Below are positions 18,081 through 24,000 of a stretch of DNA of 24,000 nucleotides, piece after piece (the stretch's first letter is position 1; each line of letters opens with the position of its first letter). A program made the position numbers and the translations under genes. The notes under the pieces were generated by a model that saw only the letters and a program-made list of their open reading frames with translations, was not told where the DNA came from and searched no databases. Where the stretch lies: NCBI RefSeq assembly GCF_905250085.1, contig NZ_CAJNOB010000001.1:104624-128623 (forward strand), given 5' to 3'. Source of the DNA: Candidatus Methylacidithermus pantelleriae. GTDB taxonomy: Bacteria > Verrucomicrobiota > Verrucomicrobiia > Methylacidiphilales > Methylacidiphilaceae.

Positions 18081-18099
18081 GAAGTATTCCCAGTTTTGT

Positions 18100-18873
18100 T
18101 CACAGGAAAACCTCCAGGGGACTCGTCGGCACCGCTTGCTTTTCGGGCTTCCTCAGACCGATTTCAAAGGCTCTTCGCCCGGCTTCCACCGCCATCCGGA
18201 ACGCCCAAGCCATCCCTACCGGGTCGGGGGAGGCCGCAATCGCCGTATTGACCAGCACCGCACTTGCCCCCATCTCCATCGCCTCCGCCGCGTGCGAGGG
18301 AGCCCCGAGTCCCGCGTCGATAATGACCGGGACGGTCGCCTGTTCCAGAATGACTTCTAGCATCGCCCGGGTTTCCAGCCCCCTCCGGGAGCCAATCGGC
18401 GCTCCCAAAGGCATTACCGCTGCCACCCCGACTTCCTCCAGTCTTTTGGCCAGGACCGGATCGGCATGGATGTAGGGCAAGACAATAAACCCCTCCCGCA
18501 CAAGGATCCGGGCCGCTTCCAGCGTCTCTACGGGATCGGGAAGCAAATAATGAGGATCCGGATGGATTTCGAGCTTCACCCACCGGGGCAACCCGGCACT
18601 GGCCGCCAGCCGCGCCAGTCGCACCGCCTCCCCGGCGTCCCGGGCTCCGCTCGTATTGGGGACTACCCAGTACCGGTTCCGGTCAATATAGTCCAAAAGA
18701 TCCGGATGCCGGTTCTCTTCCCCCGTAAGTTCCACTCGTCGCAAGGCAACCGTCACCAAATGGGCACCACTGGCCTCCAAGGCCTCCACCATTCGCTTCG
18801 GGGACGCAAATTTTCCAGTCCCCATGAAAAGCCGGGAAGACAGTCGCTTCCCCCCCAGTTCCCATTCACTCAT
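18100..18873 (-). CDS. thiG: Thiazole synthase ThiG
   Basis: [15 protein letters not shown]…LVTVALRR…VVPNTSGA…AVRLARLA…[17 protein letters not shown]…[39 protein letters not shown]…[33 protein letters not shown] shows full-length similarity to ThiG. Confidence 0.95.
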   Translation of the reverse strand: MSEWELGGKRLSSRLFMGTGKFASPKRMVEALEASGAHLVTVALRRVELTGEENRHPDLLDYIDRNRYWVVPNTSGARDAGEAVRLARLAASAGLPRWVKLEIHPDPHYLLPDPVETLEAARILVREGFIVLPYIHADPVLAKRLEEVGVAAVMPLGAPIGSRRGLETRAMLEVILEQATVPVIIDAGLGAPSHAAEAMEMGASAVLVNTAIAASPDPVGMAWAFRMAVEAGRRAFEIGLRKPEKQAVPTSPLEVFL

Positions 18874-19723
18874 GGCTTTCCCCTTCCCACCACCGGAGCT
18901 CGCACGGATCTACCCATCCTCGCCGCTGCCCCTCGCCAAGGAATCTTTCTACTGCTTGCCTTCCCTCTCTTCCACAATCCCACGTCCGGTCGTTAACATA
19001 CATCCCCACAAACCGCGCTAGCCGCTCCCGATCCAATCCCCTTCCAAACCGAGCCGCATAGGCCAAGGCCTCCTCTCCGTGGTTCCGGGCATAGCCAAGA
19101 CTCTCCCGCAACCATCCCACCACCCGCCTTTTTAGTTCGGGATCCAGCGAGCGCCGGATCACATTGCCTCCCAGAGGCAAGGGGAGCCGCCGAGTCTCCC
19201 ACCACCATCGCCCCAGGTCCACACAACTGCAAAGGCCCAATTCCTGGAAGCGTAACTGCCCCTCGTGAATGATCACACCCGCATCCCCTTTTCCCTCAGC
19301 TACCCAATCGAGTAACTCTTCAAACGGTACCTCCTCCCAGCGCAGTTCCTCAAGCGAGCGTTCCAGGTAGAGTTGCAGTGCCAGCGTAGCACTTGTCCAT
19401 CGGCCCGGCAGGCCCAGCTTCGCTCTTCGCAGCTCCTCCCTTCCCAGCGGCCTCCGCGCCACCACCACAGGCCCGTACCCTTCGCCCATGCTTGCCCCGA
19501 TGGGCAGAAGCTCATAGAGGTGCCCAACCCTAGGATAAGCATGAAACGACAGGGCCGTGACATCCAGTTCTCCCCGAAAGGCCCGCTCGTTTAATTCTTC
19601 AATCCCTTCAGCGATTTCCCGAATCCGATAGGGTGTCGTGTCTACCTTTCCTTGAAGAAGAGCATAGAACAAAAAAGCGTCATCGGCATCCGGCGAATGA
19701 CCCAAGACCAATTCCTTCGGCAT
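18866..19723 (-). CDS. MqnA/MqnD/SBP-fold family protein (futalosine-pathway menaquinone biosynthesis-like; MqnD-like N-terminus)
   Basis: I chose the ATG at 19723, with GGAAGGAG 5-12 nt upstream. [25 protein letters not shown]…[26 protein letters not shown]…[21 protein letters not shown] parallels the MqnD pattern (lgiSPCPNDTFiFyAL.hG.id…die.LN..a..g.lDvtKiSfhay…y.lL.sGaAlG.g.GPlvva). The stop overlaps the thiG start by 8 nt. Confidence 0.6.
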   Translation of the reverse strand: MPKELVLGHSPDADDAFLFYALLQGKVDTTPYRIREIAEGIEELNERAFRGELDVTALSFHAYPRVGHLYELLPIGASMGEGYGPVVVARRPLGREELRRAKLGLPGRWTSATLALQLYLERSLEELRWEEVPFEELLDWVAEGKGDAGVIIHEGQLRFQELGLCSCVDLGRWWWETRRLPLPLGGNVIRRSLDPELKRRVVGWLRESLGYARNHGEEALAYAARFGRGLDRERLARFVGMYVNDRTWDCGREGRQAVERFLGEGQRRGWVDPCELRWWEGESHE

Positions 19724-19838
19724 CGGCTCCTTCCTCTTCCGTGTTGTCCAAAACCCGTCTCCTTTCTTCCCTCTTGCCAAGGGGAAGGATGGAGTGTAAA
19801 GGAAAACCCGCTACCCCCAAAACTCTCACGTTTTTTCC

Positions 19839-20801
19839 GTGGCCATGTCCCTCAAGCCCGTCGCCTTTCTTTCTCACCCCGCCTGCCTCCGGCACCGGCC
19901 CCCAGCCGGGCACCCCGAGCGACCCGAACGGCTCTCTGCCATTCTCTCTGCCTTGGAGAGTGATCCCCTCCACCTGCGCCTCCTTTCGACGGCTCCGCCG
20001 GTCGACCCCGAACCCTGGCTTACCTCCGTCCACGATCCAGAATATCTCCAACGCCTCAGGCAGACCCAGGGCAAACCCCTGCAACCCCTCGACCACGGGG
20101 ATACGTACGCGGGCGGAGACTCTTATCTTGCTGCCCAAGCAGCCGTCGGGTGCGCGCTGGCTGCCATCGACCTTGTTTGCTGCGGAGAAGCACGATCGGT
20201 TTTCTGTGCCGTGCGTCCCCCTGGCCACCACGCCCGGGTTGCTGCCGCGATGGGGTTTTGTCTCCTCAACACGGTCGCCATTGCCGCCCGCTATGCCCAG
20301 GCCTCCTACAAGATTTCCCGCGTGGCCATCCTCGACTGGGACGTTCACCATGGCAATGGCACTCAAGAAATTTTCTACGAAGACCCCACGGTCTACTACG
20401 CAAGTCTTCACCAATATCCCCACTACCCGGGCACCGGCGCCAGTGACGAGACCGGCCGGGGCCCCGGACTGGGCTTTACCCTCAACGTCCCTCTCCCGCC
20501 CGGAAGCACCGAGGAGGATTACCTCAGAGCCACCAGGGAGAGGATCCTGCCTGCCCTAACCGCCTTTCGCCCAGAGCTTCTCCTTGTGTCAGCGGGTTTT
20601 GATGCCCATCGCGACGACCCTTTGGGAGCCATGCTCCTCGTGGAACAAAGTTTCGCCCGGCTTACCCATCTCTGTGTGGAACTGGTCGAAACCGTCCAGG
20701 CAAAAGGAATCGTCTCGATCCTCGAGGGCGGCTACAACACCCAAGCACTGGCCCGAAGTGTGCTCGCCCACCTCCAAGCGCTGGAATCCTCTCCAGGTTA
20801 A
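19839..20801 (+). CDS. Histone deacetylase-family protein (acetoin utilisation / acetylpolyamine amidohydrolase-like)
   Basis: Start is GTG 19839 or ATG 19845. HPERPERL…AVRPPGHHA…GFCLLNTVAIAARYA…RVAILDWDVHHGNGTQEIFYEDPTVYYASLHQYPHYPGTG…LLLVSAGFDAHRDDPLG…ILEGGY contains the HDAC catalytic His-His pair, the D..H..D zinc ligands and the terminal EGGY. Confidence 0.88.
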   Translation: MAMSLKPVAFLSHPACLRHRPPAGHPERPERLSAILSALESDPLHLRLLSTAPPVDPEPWLTSVHDPEYLQRLRQTQGKPLQPLDHGDTYAGGDSYLAAQAAVGCALAAIDLVCCGEARSVFCAVRPPGHHARVAAAMGFCLLNTVAIAARYAQASYKISRVAILDWDVHHGNGTQEIFYEDPTVYYASLHQYPHYPGTGASDETGRGPGLGFTLNVPLPPGSTEEDYLRATRERILPALTAFRPELLLVSAGFDAHRDDPLGAMLLVEQSFARLTHLCVELVETVQAKGIVSILEGGYNTQALARSVLAHLQALESSPG

Positions 20802-20822
20802 ACCTTGTCTCGCTCGGGCTAG

Positions 20823-20852
20823 CCCCGTTTGGTCCCGCCGGAAAGGGGTTTT
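20823..20852 (+). terminator. Weak candidate intrinsic terminator after the HDAC-family gene
   Basis: CCCC(g)TTT (20823-20830) pairs with AAAGGGG (20842-20848) around an 11-nt loop, followed by TTTT (20849-20852). The stem is short with a bulge and the T-tract is short. It could equally belong to the right end of the adjacent IS relic. Confidence 0.25.
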
Positions 20853-20934
20853 CCCTCGCTTTTGTTGCCAGCGGCCTGGATCCCCTCCGCCTCAAGACCT
20901 CCGGGACTCAAAACTTCCTCGCACCAACGGCATC

Positions 20935-22169
20935 ACCCTACAAGAGAGCCCGCTTTCCCAAGTTTACCGAAAACACCCCGTCCCCAACCAAAGCTCTGCG
21001 GCGAGCTTGCCGTTCCGTTGGTCCTTTCTCGACCGGGTGCTCGGAGACCGGTGCAGAGCACCGTTGTACCCCAGAGCCGGTCTCCACAGGCGTTCCTTCC
21101 CGGGCTGCTCCCGCTAGAACCTTCTTCCGAGGCCTGTTTCACTGGGGGCCTGCGCTCGGCGTCTTTGCGTTCCCCTCCACAAGACTTCCGCCACAGAGCT
21201 TGCCGCCAAGCGTTCCCCATGGGTCGCCGCCTTGTAGGAAAGCCGGCGACCAAATTCGGACCATGCGCCATCCAGGATCGACCGGGAAAGGTAACGGTTG
21301 CGTACGATCCCTTGAACATTCCGATCCTCAATGCCGATGCGGCGCTAGGTCTTGGCAAGCCTCGTACGTGGCTTTGTCCATGGCATGGCACCGGACGCTT
21401 GCGCTGCACGGGTCAATCGTGGCAAGGCGCAATTTGGCTTTTCTCCCGCTAGCCCAAGCCATTCTTTTTCCGAGATGCCCTCAGGCTTTGCCTACGCAAC
21501 TTCCTCAAAAGCCGCCTGGTCGCGCGTTGGCGCCGAAAATCGCTTTTTCCCGGTTACTCGCGCATGGCCAACATGGTTATGCCAAAATCGACGGCGACTC
21601 TCCTCTAGGAATGCTCGACTTTCTGGATGTCGTCGGTACGCACCAGGATCAAGGCAAACCACCTCTTCGCCTCTCGGCTGACCGTCACACGCTTACACCT
21701 GCCGTCAAAGCGCACCTCCTCACGCACCCGCACCCAGCCAACGCTGGGAAGCCGGAGCCTCGGGACGTCGACACGAAAGATGAGGCCTCATGGGCCACGC
21801 AAAAACGATCGCGCACCGTTTTCTTTTTCCGCCGACAACACCGGCCGTGTCCCTCAAAAGAACGCCCGGAAAGCCACTCCAAGATCGAGGATCGCCTCGA
21901 GCGCCCGCGCACCTGATCACATCGAACATCTGTGTGTAGCCGTCCCCTTTCAGCCGGTTTCGCTCCCTCCGCCACCCTTCCAAGGCCCAGCTTGAGACAA
22001 AGCCGGCCACGCCAGACACCCAGGCAAAGCAGGTTCGCTCCCTCTTTCTTCGGATCAACCGCCATCCGATGAGCCATGCGCATACCTCCCCTCCTCCCCC
22101 GCCTGATTGCGACCGTTCAGCACCCTCCGGCTCCAAACGTCCATCAAAAAGCCATAGAGCCCGAGCCAA
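20935..22169 (-). pseudogene. tnpB: tnpB (IS200/IS605/IS607-type OrfB, RNA-guided endonuclease family) pseudogene with multiple frameshifts and in-frame stops
   Basis: Minus-strand segments and the family pattern each resembles:
- from 22169: ALWLFDGRLEPEGAERSQSGGGGGEVCAWLIGWRLIRRKRE (YKFRLyPt.eQ...l....G..RfvyNwaL..rk)
- 21856-21901: LEAILDLGVAFRAFF then a stop (LrdLdkAfknFF)
- 21629-21788: GLIFRVDVPRLRLPSVGWVRVREEVRFDGRCKRVTVSREAKRWFALILVRTDD (…i.lPkiGwvrlre…g.iksvtvsr.a.rWfvsi.ve)
- 21566-21598: VAVDFGITMLA (RuvC-I GvDlGik.La), followed by RRLLRKLRRQSLRASRKKNGLG (rrlrrlqRklsRkkkGS)
- 21207-21332: IEDRNVQGIVRNRYLSRSILDGAWSEFGRRLSYKAATHGERL (RuvC-II iEdLnvkgM.kn..LaksI.DagW.eF...L.YKa...G)
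- ~20964-21020: KDQRNGKLAAEL (dRD.NAA.NLa)
Stops occur after FF, EHS and MRE, and several frame changes are needed. Confidence 0.72.
21036..21085. repeat. Two mutually exclusive inverted repeats (potential RNA stems) in the 3' part of the tnpB relic
   Basis: GGTGCTC (21036-21042) / GAGCACC (21056-21062), 7 bp. GGAGACCGG (21043-21051) / CCGGTCTCC (21077-21085), 9 bp perfect. Read directly from the sequence. Confidence 0.85.
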
Positions 22170-22734
22170 GAAGACGGCGGATCATCTCCAGCACGTCCTT
22201 GGCCAAGTCTTGCTCGAAGGTTTTCCCCTCGCCTGGATGGAAAATGACCCCCCTCGCCTCGGACGCGCTGAGCCTAGCAAAGTGGGAACACTCGCTCCGC
22301 TCCCAAGCGGAGCAGCCCGTCCTTATGGGTGATCTCACTAACCTGGGTGATCTCACCAGCCGGCGGACTCAACCACTAGGGATACCGTCCAGCAGTCGCT
22401 TCTTAAGCCCATTCTTACGATCCTTCATCCCCGGCCCAAGCCAGAGATAGGGACAAACGTCCAATTCTCCCGGGCACAATCAAGCTCTACAACCTGCTTC
22501 CAGTGCTCCAAGCCCTTCTTCTCACCATGGCCAAAGAAGGCGGGCAGAAGCAATGATTGCCGCGGTCAGCCCACAGGTTAGGGCCCGGAAGCCTCCCGAT
22601 AGGAGCTTTGGCCAGTCATACCGGCGATGCCTGCCGCCAGCGCGTTCTCCCCGAAACGCCCCCGACCTCCTCGCGTCAAACCATAGGGACCGATACCCCC
22701 AAGCGCATGAGCCGCTTTGCCGCTCCTAACCCAT
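22144..22734 (-). pseudogene. tnpA: IS607-type tnpA (MerR-HTH + serine recombinase) pseudogene
   Basis: Minus-strand segments and the pattern each resembles:
- 22679-22729: LGAAKRLMRLGVSVPMV then a stop (eaAklLGVS.rTLrRW)
- 22428-22538: FFGHGEKKGLEHWKQVVELDCARENWTFVPISGLGRG then a stop (vlYARVSShdQk.DLerQv.rL..wa...g…v.evGSGLNg). The catalytic-Ser positions are no longer Ser.
- 22144-22356: …RLVRSPIRTG…ARGVIFHPGEGKTFEQDLAKDVLEMIRRLLGSGSMAF (vvvehrDRLaRFG…G..ivv..pge..dDLvrDmieVlt.mcArLYG). The comparison is from memory of IS1535/IS607-type TnpA. Confidence 0.55.
22327..22362. repeat. 18-bp tandem duplication inside the tnpA relic
   Basis: GGGTGATCTCAC occurs at 22327-22338 and again at 22345-22356, a period of 18 bp. 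On the minus strand it encodes a duplicated RLVRSP hexapeptide. Confidence 0.85.
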
Positions 22735-23154
22735 CTCCCCACTTTTGGAAAAAGAAAGCCCGCTCGATAACACGTCAGGCAAACGGTTCAAGCCCTTTTT
22801 TCTACAAAACTTTCCCGAGAAGCCCCTTTTCCCTTGTTCCCCACGTTTCCGTCCTAAAAACGTTTGCGAGAGACTTTATCCCTTTCCTTTCTTCTCCTCC
22901 CCGTCCTGCCTCTCACCTCCACAAGCCGGCAGGAAGCAGCCGACAAGAAGGCTTCTCACAAAAAAAAGCCGTTCCATTGGACCCTAAAGCTACAAAGCGT
23001 GCAATAGCCCGCTTCCCACCATCCGGCCACTGGAAACCCTTGAGGCTCGAGCGCGACTTTTTTCCATGGCCGCGCTTGCCGAACCAAAAAAGGACCCCAC
23101 GCCACAAAAACCTTTTTCCCCACGGATCCTCAAGAGTCTTTCCCACTCCTTCGC

Positions 23155-24000
23155 CTACAAGAGTTCTCCTGCAAGTTCATCCGCAAAAAGTTTTCCTCTC
23201 ACGGTTAGCCGGTACCGTCCCTCTCTGTGGAGCACCAAGCCATCCGCCTCCCAGAGAGCGAGCTTTTGGGCTTCCTCTGGGGTGACTAGCTCCTCTGGAA
23301 TCCCCTCTGCAGTCCGAAGGCCAAAAACAACTCTTTCCTTGCGCCGCGTTTCTCTTCCGATCCCTTCTTCAAAGCCGACCCACGTTGCTCCCGCCTCTAG
23401 CCGGCGGATATATTCTTGCGTGTCAGCCACATTCTGCCACCGCCGGTCCCCCACGGTGGACCAGGCGCTCGGACCCAGTCCCAAATAATCTCTTCCTTGC
23501 CAGTAGGCCTGGTTGTGACGGCACGGCCAACCTGGCCTTGCATAATTGGAAATTTCATAGCCGACCCACCCCCGCGCCTCCAACAGTTCTTGGGCCAGTA
23601 GCCACAGCCGCGCCTCCCTTTCCGGATCCCTCTGAAACCGGCCCTCTCGGTACTCCCGCTCCAAGGGAGTGCCCTCCTCCACGGTCAGACAGTACACACT
23701 CAAGTGCTCCGGCTCCAGCGCCATCGCCTGCTCCAATGTCTTGCGCCAACGCTTTTCCGTTTGTCCCGGCAAGCCAAACAGAAGATCGAGATTGAGATTG
23801 GAAAACCCCTCCGCGCGTGCCCACCGCACGGCTTCTAGCATCCTTTCTGGATCCGGCGGTCTCCCCAGCCAGGCTAACTCACCGGGATCGAAGCTTTGGA
23901 CCCCAAGACTCAACCGGTTGATTCCCATCTGCCGCCAAGCCCTCAGCCGTTCCTGGGTCACCGTTGCCGGATGAGCTTCTAGGGTTACCTCTTCCACCTC
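23155..24000 (-). CDS. hemW: Radical SAM family heme chaperone HemW / oxygen-independent coproporphyrinogen-III oxidase-like protein; C-terminal 281 codons, N-terminus beyond the window
   Basis: The frame is open to base 24000. EVTLEAHPATVTQERLRAWRQMGINRLSLGVQSFDPGEL…LGR…RWARAEGFSNLNLDLLFGLPGQT…EHLSVYCLTVEEGTPL…YEISNYARPG…CRHNQAYWQGRDYLGLGPSAWS shows typical HemN/HemW core and HemN_C motifs. The CxxxCxxC cluster would lie upstream of the window. Confidence 0.9.
   Translation of the reverse strand, partial: EVEEVTLEAHPATVTQERLRAWRQMGINRLSLGVQSFDPGELAWLGRPPDPERMLEAVRWARAEGFSNLNLDLLFGLPGQTEKRWRKTLEQAMALEPEHLSVYCLTVEEGTPLEREYREGRFQRDPEREARLWLLAQELLEARGWVGYEISNYARPGWPCRHNQAYWQGRDYLGLGPSAWSTVGDRRWQNVADTQEYIRRLEAGATWVGFEEGIGRETRRKERVVFGLRTAEGIPEELVTPEEAQKLALWEADGLVLHREGRYRLTVRGKLFADELAGELL

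Larger units (their letters stand above)
20810..22800 (-). mobile_element. Decayed IS607-family insertion sequence (serine-recombinase tnpA + tnpB); the ends are not defined
   Basis: No ORF longer than ~160 aa on the coding (minus) strand. Threading across frames recovers the full domain order: MerR-type HTH, serine-recombinase core, then TnpB N-terminus, RuvC-I, RuvC-II and Zn-ribbon/RuvC-III region (see the two pseudogene entries). The tnpA C-terminus overlaps the tnpB start, as in IS607-type elements. Boundaries are approximate. Confidence 0.65.

Noticed and set aside
19724-19838. Possible TPP riboswitch upstream of the mqn-like/thiG operon
   Set aside because: Read on the minus strand, the leader has a GUGAGAG but lacks the conserved CUGAGA…ACCUGAUCUGGAUAAUGCCAGCG pyrimidine-sensor helix core. 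At 115 nt it also has too little room for both the aptamer and an expression platform.
19633-20559. 308-aa (+) and 247-aa (-) ORFs overlapping the HDAC-family gene and the mqn-like start
   Set aside because: These are Pro/Ser/Thr/Arg-rich alternative-frame translations of a gene whose own frame carries every HDAC catalytic motif. They cross the divergent promoter region, which is implausible for a real gene.
20829-21916. Plus-strand ORFs of 207 and 238 aa (20829..21452, 21200..21916)
   Set aside because: They are antisense to or out of frame with the tnpB relic, have Pro/Arg/Ser-rich junk-like composition and no motifs. The homology signal is on the minus strand.
22775-22800. tRNA T-arm-like GGTTCAAGCCC (around 22783-22793)
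   Set aside because: The flanks cannot form a 5-bp T-stem, an acceptor stem or an anticodon arm. It is an isolated chance match.
22557-23285. 242-aa plus-strand ORF spanning the IS left flank and the hemW 3' end
   Set aside because: Its low-complexity Pro/Ser/Phe/Lys composition is produced by the polypyrimidine tract. It runs antisense into the well-supported hemW frame.

Overview
This window is mostly core housekeeping DNA from a GC-rich diderm bacterium. I cannot assign a taxon from the sequence alone. All calls rest on reading the translations against remembered family motifs; no searches were run.

Gene order:
- eno (3' end), ftsB/divIC-like, then two translationally coupled exported proteins of unknown function.
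- A tightly packed minus-strand operon: unknown 224-aa protein, class-I O-methyltransferase, YdbH-like AsmA-family protein, and one ORF that fuses a YnbE-like lipoprotein to a YdbL/DUF1318 domain.
- A NUDIX hydrolase and a CHASE2 membrane protein with no output domain.
- rarA, a ymdB-like gene, smc, and a suhB-like gene whose 3' end overlaps the mnmG 3' end by 72 nt.
- mnmG and dnaB diverge from a 111-bp spacer holding three phased DnaA-box-like 9-mers.
- thiG coupled to an MqnA/MqnD-family gene, then an HDAC-family deacetylase.
- A ~2.3 kb stretch with no credible ORF, then hemW (partial).

The ORF-free stretch is the only accessory DNA here. Threaded across frames on the minus strand, it reads as a heavily decayed IS607-family element: a MerR-HTH serine-recombinase tnpA plus a tnpB, both broken by stops and frameshifts. 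Its structured 3' tail abuts the HDAC gene.

I saw no rRNA, tRNA or CRISPR array. The most interesting items are the IS607/TnpB relic, with a possible omega-RNA remnant, and the ynbE::ydbL fusion in the ydbH lipid-bridge operon.
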